Source: an uncultured Acidimicrobiia bacterium (lineage in GTDB: Bacteria > Actinomycetota > Acidimicrobiia > Acidimicrobiales > AC-14). From it: 64,000 nt of DNA. A program made the position numbers and the translations under genes. A model generated the notes under the pieces. That model made no database searches, had not been told where the DNA came from, and saw only the letters and a program-made list of their open reading frames with translations. This document shows, one piece after another, positions 46,955 to 57,227 of this stretch (position 1 is its first letter; every line of letters starts with the position of its first letter). The stretch covers positions 103,385 through 167,384 of the forward strand of contig CAWIIV010000023.1 of NCBI GenBank assembly GCA_963836205.1, in the 5' to 3' direction.

Positions 46955-48346
46955 TCAGTCGACTTGGGACGGCTGGCGGCGCCGCAGCGTCGGCTTCTTG
47001 ATGGATGGTTCAACCGTGACGTCGGACTTTACAGTGAACGGAAGCCCGTTCGCCTGGTGACCGTTGACACCGTTGCGGCCTCTAGTGGCCCTCGGAGCCG
47101 GCTCGACCACAACTGCGTCGAGCTTCGCTTCAGAAAGGCGACGTGCCAGCTCCTGCGTTCGTCGCTCGGCGACCTTCAGATAGTTCTCGCTGATGTCGAA
47201 CCCGACGCAGCGACAACCCAGTTCCATGGCGGCGAGAGCCGTTGTTCCGGAGCCGATGAACGGATCGAGCACGACATCGCCCTTCTGGCTGGCGATCGCA
47301 ACGCAGCGCGCCGGCAAGGATAAAGGGAACTCGGCGCCGTGACCGTTCTTGCCGCCAGCAGTCGACAGGGACCACACGTCGGTGAGCTTCTCCGTCGACT
47401 CGATCGCACCATCGAGGCCGCCGAGCCGCTTATCCAAACCACTTATACCATCACGGTTGAAGTATGAGCTGGGGTCGATGGCCAAATGCAGGATTGACTC
47501 TGCCTGGCGAGTCACTCGACCTTTGGCTGACTCCGGCGTTGAGTTCTTGTTCCAGGTGACGAGGCCCTTGACCCGATAGCCGATGCGAGAGGCCCGCTCG
47601 GCGACGCGGGCTGGGATCATCGCCAGTTCACCGTCCTGCAGGAACATATGACCAGCGCTGTAACGGCAGGCAAGGTGCTGCGTCCAGCCGAGTGTGTGAT
47701 CGGGGTGCCCGCCCATCGCTCGAAGCTTGTCCCGGGAGTTCTCGCGGATCGGGGTTCTGGTGTTGTAGGTGTCCATCAGGTTCCACCAGACCGAACCAGT
47801 GGATGTGAGGGCCGGCTTTAGCAGGAACAGCAGCTCCGCGGTGTGACGGATGAAGCCCTCGGGAGTCTGCTCGAAGCCGTACGGGCACTTGGCGCCGTCA
47901 GCCCAGGTGACGTCACGTCGGTTGTCGTACAGACGCATGCCCCAGTAGGGCGACGAGGTCACAACGCACTGCACTGAGCCCGGCACGAGCCGGCTCAGAA
48001 GGTCGGTCGAGCTGCCGACCTCGAGCCTGGGCGAGAGGTGATCGTCCGGGGCCGAGATCTGATCGCCGTCGACGGCCACGGCGGCCTTCAGCAGATAATC
48101 AGGCACCATGCTGCGTGGCACGAAGGTCTCTTGCCACTCATCCAAGTCGAGGAGACCCAAGACTTCTGCGATCGTTATCGTGCGAGGTCGAGCACCTGAT
48201 GAACGTCCCAGCGCTCGAACTAGATAGTTGGGGCTCATTCCCAGAACCACGACCGCTAGATTGGTCGGGATACTCCGGGCGCGCTCAGATGGGCCGAAAC
48301 TACGCAGCCTGGCAATGGGTGTATGAGGATGAATGTCCTCGATCAC
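46955..48346 (-). CDS. Site-specific DNA methyltransferase (N4C/N6A, beta class) with N-terminal extension
   Basis: VVTSSPYW (motif IV variant) precedes HGAEFP..LP and VLDPFIGSGTT (motif I). Confidence 0.88.
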   Translation of the reverse strand: MIEDIHPHTPIARLRSFGPSERARSIPTNLAVVVLGMSPNYLVRALGRSSGARPRTITIAEVLGLLDLDEWQETFVPRSMVPDYLLKAAVAVDGDQISAPDDHLSPRLEVGSSTDLLSRLVPGSVQCVVTSSPYWGMRLYDNRRDVTWADGAKCPYGFEQTPEGFIRHTAELLFLLKPALTSTGSVWWNLMDTYNTRTPIRENSRDKLRAMGGHPDHTLGWTQHLACRYSAGHMFLQDGELAMIPARVAERASRIGYRVKGLVTWNKNSTPESAKGRVTRQAESILHLAIDPSSYFNRDGISGLDKRLGGLDGAIESTEKLTDVWSLSTAGGKNGHGAEFPLSLPARCVAIASQKGDVVLDPFIGSGTTALAAMELGCRCVGFDISENYLKVAERRTQELARRLSEAKLDAVVVEPAPRATRGRNGVNGHQANGLPFTVKSDVTVEPSIKKPTLRRRQPSQVD

Positions 48347-48432
48347 GATGGCCGGGGCGTTGGCATCCTCGGCGAGGTTACCTCAGACCGGACTGGGACG
48401 CGGATTCCTCCCGGGTCTACCCCCCGGCCACC

Positions 48433-49572
48433 TCAGACCTCCAGTTGTCCTTCTGGATCGCTCGACGTCCGCAGTGACAGCAGCCAGGAACGTACCTCAT
48501 CCCAGGCGTTGTCGATCTTCAACTTGTTGCGCTTGCGGTCCCACTGCATCTTCTCGATGCCATCGATGGCATCCTCAATACGTACGAACATTGCCTTCTT
48601 GCCACTCAGCTGCGTACCGGCTTCCTCGGTCGGCACGAACGGCAGCAGATGAGAATAATTGTAGCTCGGTATTCCAGCCTGCTGGATGATCGATCGCAGA
48701 CCAACCATTTCACCGTCAGAGGTGATCTGTACCTTCGCTTCATTCTGTTGGGCAAAGGGTACAAGTTTAACTTCAAACTTTGCGTTGTACTCTCTCGGCT
48801 CAACCACGCGCCACCGCCGAGTCGCTTGAAGATCGCCAAGAGTCTCGATCCAGGATCGCTCAGTTGACTTCGCAATCGCATCGTAGACAGCTTGACGGTC
48901 ATCGTCCATCAGTCGGTCAGCATTGAGTTCCAGCACTAGCAGCGCATTCTGCAACGGCGTATCGCGACGCTTGAGTATGGACCGGTGCTGCTTCTTGAGC
49001 TGAATCCCGAGCTGAGCGGCCACGGCCTCCCTCGCTCGACCATCGATCACCTCACCCGAGCGAGACATGACCAGCGGCATCTGGTCGATGAAGCCGTGCT
49101 CTTCCATCGAGGCAACGAGCGCCTTGTATCGGTCGGACCGCTTGTTCTTAGCCGGAGACTTGATGATGCTGCGGACATTGAAGCCGCGTTGCCGCAGCCG
49201 GCCCTCGTCACGATCCAGGCGTTCCCGAGCGAGTTCTAGTCCTGGTTCATAGGGATGCACAACTCCGTCGGGATAGCGGATCATGGGCACATTGGGACCC
49301 AGCGTGAGCAGCTCAGATGACTGGCGACGCTCAAGGATGCCGCTGGCCAAGCAGGCATCAACCTTGGCGCGGACGTAGGCATCTTCCCCCAATACGTGCA
49401 GTTCTCGAGGGACGAGCACTCGAAGACGAACCAGCACCTCGCCGATCACCTCGTCGAGCTGCAAGCCGTCCGAGCGGCGCGGGAGCGCAGCATGCACCGC
49501 ATCGAAGATGGTGATTCGAGCGGCGTTGTCCGGCGGCAGCTCGAAGGTGCGATCGGACGACGGCTTAGCCAC
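48433..49572 (-). CDS. ParB/Srx-like domain protein with N- and C-terminal extra domains
   Basis: LVASMEEHGFIDQMPLVMSRSGEVIDGRAR...ELNADR; overlaps upstream gene. Confidence 0.7.
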   Translation of the reverse strand: MAKPSSDRTFELPPDNAARITIFDAVHAALPRRSDGLQLDEVIGEVLVRLRVLVPRELHVLGEDAYVRAKVDACLASGILERRQSSELLTLGPNVPMIRYPDGVVHPYEPGLELARERLDRDEGRLRQRGFNVRSIIKSPAKNKRSDRYKALVASMEEHGFIDQMPLVMSRSGEVIDGRAREAVAAQLGIQLKKQHRSILKRRDTPLQNALLVLELNADRLMDDDRQAVYDAIAKSTERSWIETLGDLQATRRWRVVEPREYNAKFEVKLVPFAQQNEAKVQITSDGEMVGLRSIIQQAGIPSYNYSHLLPFVPTEEAGTQLSGKKAMFVRIEDAIDGIEKMQWDRKRNKLKIDNAWDEVRSWLLSLRTSSDPEGQLEV

Positions 49573-50602
49573 GGACTTCGGTCAGCTCCGGCACTGTCGG
49601 TGACAACGAGTGGTCGCTCGCCTCGGGCTCGACCGCCCACCGGATCGACGCCGCAGCGATCGCCTGATCGAGATGATCCCGCAGGCCGGACAGTCGGTGC
49701 ATGGCGTCGGCACGCTTGTCCTCTGGCACGTCGAGGAGATCATCGACGTTGAGCTTCAACAGGGCAGCGGCGTGCATCACGGACCGCTGCCCGGCACGCC
49801 TCGGCGAGGAGAACCCCGTCGCATTCGAACGAATGGCATCGGCTCGACTATCGCGCTCGGCAGACACCTCAGCCAGCGCCGCCGCCTCAGACGACGCCGC
49901 GTTGACTCGCACGACCAGCTTGATGACGTCCACTGCCGGCATCCGGGCGGCAATGGCGAGAGCGGCCACCGCCTTGAGGGTCGACGTCAATCGGATCTTG
50001 ACGAGCGCCGCCTGAACGGAGTCGGACAGCTGCACGATGTCGGAGTCCGGAATACCGAGGCGAGCGGCACGCAACTCAAAGGTGGCCTGAGCCTTCCAAC
50101 GATCCAGTTTGGCCGGCTTCATGCCGGTCATCCGAGCGCAGGCCTTGGTGTCGAGCGTCTGCCCTTCCTGCACAGCGCTCCTGATGTAGCGCCGGACCTC
50201 AGCCTCGGTCATGGACAGGCCGTGGCACTGGTTGAGTTCGACCGACAGTGACCTCGCTTGCAGCCCGCTCAGGCCGGAGCAGATGTATGCCGAGATGGTG
50301 TCACGGCCGGCCTTGAGCGCCGCGTGCCGGCGGGTGTTGCCGTCGATCAGTTCACCTCGGTCGTTGACGACTATGGCCGGGAACTGGGCGCCGGCCTTCA
50401 TCTGCTCCGCGAAGCGCTTCACCATCTCGATTGGGGCCCGGTTCTCGATGAGTCGAACCTGCTGGCCCTCGACATCGACGATCTCGATCAGGGCGAAGTT
50501 GGGCTCCAACCGCCAGTTGACGTGACGTGCCTCCAGACGCTCTTCGACCTGAACTGATGACGCTGGGTGCCGTGCGCCAGTTCCAATTGAGCTGCGAGTC
50601 AT
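49565..50602 (-). CDS. ParB N-terminal-like domain protein (paralog B)
   Basis: MKAGAQFPAIVVNDRGELIDGNTR...ELNQCHGL; HTH-like ARMTG. Confidence 0.8.
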   Translation of the reverse strand: MTRSSIGTGARHPASSVQVEERLEARHVNWRLEPNFALIEIVDVEGQQVRLIENRAPIEMVKRFAEQMKAGAQFPAIVVNDRGELIDGNTRRHAALKAGRDTISAYICSGLSGLQARSLSVELNQCHGLSMTEAEVRRYIRSAVQEGQTLDTKACARMTGMKPAKLDRWKAQATFELRAARLGIPDSDIVQLSDSVQAALVKIRLTSTLKAVAALAIAARMPAVDVIKLVVRVNAASSEAAALAEVSAERDSRADAIRSNATGFSSPRRAGQRSVMHAAALLKLNVDDLLDVPEDKRADAMHRLSGLRDHLDQAIAAASIRWAVEPEASDHSLSPTVPELTEVRG

Positions 50603-50629
50603 CAGTTGCCTCCGTGTAGGTTGCCAGGC

Positions 50630-51748
50630 TCAGACGGGGCTGAGCACGGAGGCGGACGTATCGGTTGACTCGGTCGCCTCGGTCGCCTCGGTTGACTCGG
50701 TCGCCTCGGTCGCCTCGGTCGCCTCGGTCGCCGAGTCGTCGGTAGGCTCGGCCTCGTCGGCCTCCGGCTCGGGCGGCGGGGTCAGGTCCCACTCCTGCTC
50801 GGCCCGTCGTACGACTGTGTCGAAGCGGTCGCGGATGATCTTCAGCCGGGCGTAGGTGTCGTACTGGCGGTCGGGGTCGACGTCCAAGAGATCGTCGACG
50901 TCGAAGCCGAGCAGGGCGCCGATGTGCTGGGCCGATCCGGTGCTCCTGCGCTTGTTCAGCTTGAAGCCAGACGCCACCGCCCGGATCTGGTCGGCGCGGG
51001 CATCACGCTCAGCGCTGACGATCGCCAGGGCCTCCGCCTGGGATGGAGCGGCGTTGACCTGCCCCACCAACTTCTTGGCCTCGGCGGCCGGCATCCGCGA
51101 CTCACCCGCCAGGGTCGTGAGGCTTTCGAAGACCGGGGCCAGGTGGGTGGCCTGCAAGGCGATGCGGGTGCTTTCCGGCAGCACCTCGACCAGCCGATCA
51201 TCGATGGAGGCGCTCTTCGCCCGAGTCCGGAACTTCGTCTCGGCGATCCAGCGGGTGATCTTCGTGTCCTTGACGCCGGTCATGCGGGCCAGCGACTTGA
51301 CCTCGGGATGCTGGCCGCCGTCGATGGCTTCCACGATGAAGGCCCGGATCTCGTCGTCCTCCATCGCCAGTCCATTGGCCTGGTTGAGCTCCACTGACAG
51401 CGAGCGGGCCTCGAGGGCGGTGACGCCGCGGAGGATGTACGCCGGGATGGTGTCGAGGCCGCACTTGATGGCGGCGGCCAGCCGGGTGTTGCCGTCGATC
51501 AGATCGTGTCGCTCGTTGACCAAGACGGCCGGGAACTGCGCCCCGTGCTTCATGGCCGTGGCGTAGCGATCGACACGCTCCTTCGGCGCCCGATGCTCGA
51601 TGCGCCGGACCTGGTAGCCCTCAGTGTCCCGGATGTCAACGATCCGGAAGTTGGGCTCAAAGTCGTAGTCGACCCTGCGCTCGCTCAGCTTCGTCTCTAT
51701 CTGCTGGGACATCGCCGGGTGCGAGGTGCGGGTGTTGCGGGTTGCCAT
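50630..51748 (-). CDS. ParB N-terminal-like domain protein (paralog A)
   Basis: MKHGAQFPAVLVNERHDLIDGNTR...ELNQANGL; colinear with paralog B; acidic ATE-repeat tail. Confidence 0.8.
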   Translation of the reverse strand: MATRNTRTSHPAMSQQIETKLSERRVDYDFEPNFRIVDIRDTEGYQVRRIEHRAPKERVDRYATAMKHGAQFPAVLVNERHDLIDGNTRLAAAIKCGLDTIPAYILRGVTALEARSLSVELNQANGLAMEDDEIRAFIVEAIDGGQHPEVKSLARMTGVKDTKITRWIAETKFRTRAKSASIDDRLVEVLPESTRIALQATHLAPVFESLTTLAGESRMPAAEAKKLVGQVNAAPSQAEALAIVSAERDARADQIRAVASGFKLNKRRSTGSAQHIGALLGFDVDDLLDVDPDRQYDTYARLKIIRDRFDTVVRRAEQEWDLTPPPEPEADEAEPTDDSATEATEATEATESTEATEATESTDTSASVLSPV

Positions 51749-52022
51749 CGTGCTAGCGCCTTTCGTTGGAGAAGGCCCTAATCTTAGCAGATGCCCGAAG
51801 AGTGCGCAACCCATAGATCGGGTTTAACATCCGGAGGTTGAGGTCCCACCCTGCTAGTCAGAGCGGTGGATGCACTCTGACACTAGCAGAACCAAGGTCA
51901 AGATCTACTGCTACAGACTGAAGACCCGCGTGTTGATTTGGAATCTGCTAGCATCGGACAACGCAGACTGCTGGGGGGCCCCGGCAGTCCCTTCCCCTGC
52001 CAACCCGAGGGAGGAGGGCGCG

Positions 52023-52136
52023 ATGGTCGCCGCTACCCAGATCGCACGCCGTTTGGGCGCCATTCTGCCGCTGGCGATCCTCGCCCTGGCCATGCTGTTG
52101 GTGGTCATAGGGGTCCTAGTCATGCCCGACCGGTGA
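52023..52136 (+). CDS. Small hydrophobic peptide (37 aa)
   Basis: RBS GAGGAGG; single TM stretch ILPLAILALAMLLVVIGVLV. Confidence 0.45.
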   Translation: MVAATQIARRLGAILPLAILALAMLLVVIGVLVMPDR

Positions 52137-52280
52137 CACCGAGAGATCGCCGAAGGAGTAATGGATCACCTGGTTCGCTTCGCCGCCGTGGTGGCGGGAG
52201 CTGCTCCGCCCGAGAGGCTCGCTCGATCGCGAACTGCCCTGTCACAGCCGCCGACGCCGACGTCGCGAACTCCGACGCCC

Positions 52281-54072
52281 TCTAGGAAGCTTGACCTCCA
52301 TGTTCTGTCGTCGGTGAGTCAAGTTCTGAGACCGATTCCCTCGGACCGAGTTGGGTCAGGCCGCGGGACTGAGGGTGAAGCCGGACTGCTTGGCTATCCG
52401 GTCGAGCTCGCGGTCGAGGTTGGCGATGGCGCGTCGGAGCTTGCCGTCGGGGTCGCCCCTGGGGTTGGTGGCCAGGTCGGCCATGGCGGTGGCGGTGAAC
52501 CGGGCATGGGCGCGGTGCAGCACGACGGCGGCGTTGAGGCCGAAGTCGGTGACGGTGTAGCGGTGGGTGTGGGGGATCCGCTCGATGAGCCCGTGGAGGC
52601 GGAGCCGGCGCAGGTGATAGGTCATGCTGCCCGGGGTCATGGTCTCGGCGGGGACGCCGAGCAGGGGTGCGAGCAAGCCTCGCAGGTCGCGGTTGGCGAA
52701 ACCGGTGGGCAGCAGGTGGCAGACGACGAGCGCGCCGAACAGGGCCTGGGTGACGGGGTGGTCGAAGCGCAGGGCGGGGACGCGCTGGCCCTCGACGTGG
52801 ACGGGTAGGCAGACGCGGTTGTAGGTGTCGGCTCCGAGGATGGGGTCGCTGCTGGTTCGTTGCACCTGGAGGAGGCGCCGGTTGGCGGGGAAGCCGACCT
52901 GCCGCAGGGCGGGCAGGTTGGTCAGCCGCTTGCCGATCCCGAAGTCGCGGGTGTCGTTGACGGTCGTCTCCGTGCGAAGGGCGATCTCCTTCTTGAAGTA
53001 CTGCTTGATCCGGGAGTGCTTGTAGTCGACGTGGACCGACGGGATGACCCCCTCGGTGAGAACTCTGGTCCGGAACCGGAATCGCTTCAGCGTCGGCTTG
53101 GGGATCCGTCGCCCGAAGGTGAGCGACACCTGGTCGGGCCGGCCGGCGTCGAGGTTGGCCCGGATGACATCCTCGAAGAACACCCGCCCCGCCACGGGCC
53201 GGTCGAGAACCTGGGTGAGGGAGAACTCGGCTTGCAGGACCGAGATGTCGTAGCGGTAACCGGCAGCCCGGTCCTCGGGGGTGAAGGGGTGCGGGAGCCG
53301 GGCCAACCACTTGCGGACGAAGGCGTCGATCTCGTCGGGCCCCAGCCGGTCGCAGATCGCCTGCAGGGCGGCCGGGTCCTCACAGGCACCGAACGCGTTG
53401 TCCAGCCGTTCAAAGCCGAGCCCGGCCTTGGCCGCTTGCTGCTGGGCCCAGTGGTGGCCGTTGATGCACACCTTGGCCGTGTAGGGAAAGTAGGTGCAGA
53501 ACTTGACGAAGAACGGGCCGAAGTCGGCGTCGAAGCCGTAGAAGTAGAAGTGGTTCGGCATGGCGGTGGCGTTCACGATCCACGGGTAGGCCTTGCCCGT
53601 CATGGGGTTGAGCCGCTTCTCGGTCCGATAGACGCGGGTCTTCTCCTGGGCCCGGCCGACGAACAGGACCTGCTCGCTCACCCCGTCGTGGCCGGCCAGG
53701 TACTCATGGGCGACGTCGTCCTTGCGTTGGCCCTTGGTGAAGTGGACCAGGTCGAGGCCGTGGTCGCGGATGAACCGGTGGATCCCCTCGACGAAGGCGG
53801 TGGTCATCGGGTCCATCAGCGCAGAGGAGGCGAAGGGCATCTGTCGGTGGCCCCTGAAGAAGCCGACCACACCACCCGGGAACATCAGCTTGGGCTGGTA
53901 GAGGTTCAGGTACATGCGGTCGATGCAGTCGATCTCGAAGATGACGTGGTCGTCGAGCACGTCGGCCATCGTGGCGGGTACGGTCATCGTCGGGCTCCGG
54001 TCGACTCAGGCCCTCAACGGCCAACAACCGCTTCAGGCGGTACAAGCGACACCTTCGGGCGTCGCATCTAGG
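52281..54072 (-). mobile_element. IS-like element bounded by TCTAGG direct repeats, no terminal inverted repeats
   Basis: TCTAGG at 52281-52286 and 54067-54072 flanking one large ORF; subterminal hairpins. Confidence 0.7.
52356..53987 (-). CDS. Putative transposase of unassigned family with C-terminal winged helix
   Basis: CIDRMYLN, HFYFY..D.DFGP, KQYFK...LRTETTVND, MTYHLRRLRLHGLIERIPHTHRY. Confidence 0.7.
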   Translation of the reverse strand: MTVPATMADVLDDHVIFEIDCIDRMYLNLYQPKLMFPGGVVGFFRGHRQMPFASSALMDPMTTAFVEGIHRFIRDHGLDLVHFTKGQRKDDVAHEYLAGHDGVSEQVLFVGRAQEKTRVYRTEKRLNPMTGKAYPWIVNATAMPNHFYFYGFDADFGPFFVKFCTYFPYTAKVCINGHHWAQQQAAKAGLGFERLDNAFGACEDPAALQAICDRLGPDEIDAFVRKWLARLPHPFTPEDRAAGYRYDISVLQAEFSLTQVLDRPVAGRVFFEDVIRANLDAGRPDQVSLTFGRRIPKPTLKRFRFRTRVLTEGVIPSVHVDYKHSRIKQYFKKEIALRTETTVNDTRDFGIGKRLTNLPALRQVGFPANRRLLQVQRTSSDPILGADTYNRVCLPVHVEGQRVPALRFDHPVTQALFGALVVCHLLPTGFANRDLRGLLAPLLGVPAETMTPGSMTYHLRRLRLHGLIERIPHTHRYTVTDFGLNAAVVLHRAHARFTATAMADLATNPRGDPDGKLRRAIANLDRELDRIAKQSGFTLSPAA

Positions 54073-54249
54073 CTCGACCGGAGCCTACGAACACCTGCCG
54101 CCGACGCCAACCGCACCGACCTGGTCGCGCCACCACACCGCCTCGTCGGGCTGGGGCGAAGCCCCGTTAGAGATCGGCCCATCGAATGACGCAGGATACC
54201 CCCCGCCTTCGGAAACCCGCCGAAATTCCGAAGGCGTCTTCCCCGGTAA

Positions 54250-57227
54250 TCAGGGTCCGTCGATGCCGGCACCGCGGCCGATCCCTCGAGCCTGGGCGGT
54301 CAGGGAGAGCGACTCAAGCCGATCCTGAATGCGAGAGGTGGTTGCGTCGCGCTCGGCCTGCTGGACATCTGCCTCGGCAACCTTGAGCTCGGCGAGATAC
54401 GGCGCAGCCTCTTGTTCAGCTGTATCCCGGCGTCCGGTCGCCTCGGCGAGCAACTCGGAGGCGTCGCGCGACCGACACAGCGGGCCGGCGTCGCCGCCAC
54501 GCTGGAGCGTTCACCAGGGCGGTTCGACTCCTACGGAGAGCATCCTCGGCGGCGCGCGCGTCGCGCTCCGCTTCGTGGAGTGGCTGAAGGAATGGATCAG
54601 TGCGGCGCTTGACGTCGTCGAGCGCCCGGCGAGCGGCGGCGAGCTTCTCTTCCGCCGACCGAGCGTCACCGCCAACCCCGCTCGAGCCGGGGAGCTGGGC
54701 GGCCAGATGCCGGCGCTGGGCGACGGCCGGCGTGTCGGCTCGATCGTTGGCAAGAACCTGCTCCAGGACCTCGCGGGCCTCCTGGGATTCGTCGGTCACG
54801 ACGAGCAGGCGGTTCTCCTGCCGTCCACGGGTGGCGCCCACGTAGAGACTTCGGTGGCTGGTCGCCGCGGTGACGATGGCGATCCCGACATCGACCGTGT
54901 CGCCCTGGTGGCCGTGGGCGGTCGCGGCGTAGCCGAGCCGGACGTTCGCAGTGACGTAGTCGGCCGTGAGCGTCACCTGTCCGTGTCCGTGCAGGTGCGA
55001 CACGGTCATCCGGCCGTCGGCTCCGACGCCGACGACGTTCCACAGATCACGGTTGCGCACCGGTTCGCCACGATCGGTACGCAGGGTGCGGTCGTTGCGA
55101 CGGGTGACCACGACGTCGCCGACCGCCGCCGTCTCTTCCCCCGCCAGGCGCACGGAGGTCGAGCCCAGGTGGCCGAGCGCTCGGCGTTGCTCCTGGATGG
55201 CTCCGTTGAGGGCGTCGACGTGCTCGTTCGTCTCAGCGACGACGGCGACCGTTCGCCCATCGGCGGTGTCGTCGATCCACCCGCGGGCCGCGGCCGCGAC
55301 CAGGTCGTCGAAGGTGCCGTCGCTGACGCGCCTGTGACTGATGTAGGCGTCGATGGCGTCGAGCCTGCCGGATCGCAACTGGAGGGACGCGGCCCTTTCC
55401 CAGTGGTGGCGGAACCGGTGGATGGTGGCGAGCTTGTGGGTACGGCCGACACGGCAGAGCTCGTCGAACATGCCGCCCCGGCCCACCGCTTGGAGCTGGC
55501 GGGGATCGCCGACGAGGGCCAGTCGCCATTCCTGGGCCACGGCGAGCTTGACGAGTTGGTCGAGGGCACCAGTGCCGACCATTCCGGCTTCGTCGACGAC
55601 GAGCGTCGTGCCGGGCGGGAGCCGGAAGGATTGGCTCGGCTCGTGATCGGAGCGCCACTCGTACAGGAGCTTGGCCACGGTGTCGGCGTGAATGCCGGTC
55701 TCGTCGCGGAGGACCTTGGCGGCCTTGGCGGTGGGCGCGACCCCGAAGACGGGACGGCCATGACGGCGGAGGTCGTCGGCTGCGTGTCGCAGTGTGGTGG
55801 TCTTGCCGGTGCCGGCGGGGCCGACCAGGAGGACGAGCCGGTCGTCGCCGGCGACGGCGGCAGCGGCGTCGGCTTGGAGCACGTCGAGACCGGCTCGATC
55901 AAGGGTGGCGGACGGCTGGGGCGACGCCTCGTGGGCTTCGATGGCGAACAGGAGAATGTGCTCCTCCTGGGCGAGAACCCGCTCGTGGGTCAGGTAGGGC
56001 TCGACGGGGGCGATCCAGATCGAGCGTCCGTCGGACAAGCGAACCGGGTTGCATTCGACCGGCGGGTCCAGCGTTACACAGGCCTCGATGACTCGGTCGC
56101 AGGCGGCCTCGACCGCGTTCGCCCAGCCGTGTCCTGACATCTGGGACGTGGATGAGTCGAGGTCGCAGACGGCGCGAAGTACGTCAGCGCGAGTCCAGCA
56201 CGAGCCATTGGCCGAGAGCTGTTCGATCACATCGGCGACGGTGGCGGGCTCCCGCTCGGGAACAGCTCGCGCCGCGGCTCGCATGGCGGCGACGAGGCGG
56301 GCCGGCGTCCAACCGTGTCCTTCCGCCTCGTCCTTCCACCGGCGGCCGAGGTTCTCGACGGACTGATTGGTCTTGGTCGCTCGCGTATCGGACGCCGCCT
56401 CACGCGTGAGTGCTGCGCGCTCCCAGCGCGAGGGGTCGCGTCCCTCCCGCTCACGGAACTCCGCGAGCTTGTCGGCCAGGGCGGCCTCGACCTGCGCCGT
56501 CCGCTTCGAGAACCCGTCGAGCAGCTCGCGGGGCATGCCGACGATCTCGGCTTGTCCGTTCTCGATCGGCCCCCAGGCGACGCCGTAGCGGTGGGTCAGC
56601 TCGGCGCGCAGCACGGACTGGTAGAGGCCGCCCAGAGCACGCTGGTGGCGCTTGAGGTAGCGGGCGTCGAGCGCCATCCACCGCCCGTCGGGCGCTCGCA
56701 CCTTCGTGGAGATGACGACGTGGGTGTGTAGCTGCGGGTCGTCCTCGCGAGATGTCGCCTGCCGGAACGCCGCCATCGTCAGGCCGTGGACGTCCGGGTG
56801 CTGCCGGGCGCCATCGACACGCACCCGGGTGGTGGCGCCGAACCGTTCGAGGTGCTGGAGGGCGGCTCGGACTGCAAGGTCGTGGGCTTCGAGCAGGCCG
56901 GGGTCGCCGGTGAGGCCCCACCAGATCGACAGGGATTTGGGCGCCGAGAACGTGGCGTCGAAGCCGGCCACCGCCGGGATCAGCCGACCCTTGGCGTCGT
57001 AGCGGTCGACGAGGGGTGTGCCGAGCCGCGTCCCAGTAACGGGGTCGTGGCCCGACAGCAGACGCTTCGAGGTCGTCGGTCGACACCACGCCGTCGAGGC
57101 CCAGGCCGTCGGCCTGCCGGCCCAGCCACTGGCCCTCGCCTTCCGGGCCGTCCTCCGCGAGGTAGCGCGTGTAGTAGCGAGCAGATGCTCCGGCGGTGCG
57201 GGCGTGGATGGTGGTCACGCGCAGCAC
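54250..57227 (-). CDS. MobF (TrwC) relaxase-helicase, frameshifted near 57060 and 54480
   Basis: N-terminal YY (ARYYTRYL), FDATFSAPKSLS, DPQLHTH, GPAGTGKTT, VDEAGM, GDPRQL, YAATAHGHQG. Confidence 0.88.

Noticed and set aside
50668-50732. CTCGGTCGC 9-bp repeats
   Set aside because: Encode the acidic ATE tail of ParB paralog A; not a regulatory array
48433-51748. Ordinary ParABS partition locus or type II restriction-modification system
   Set aside because: No ParA ATPase and no recognisable restriction endonuclease; three ParB-like genes in tandem do not fit either
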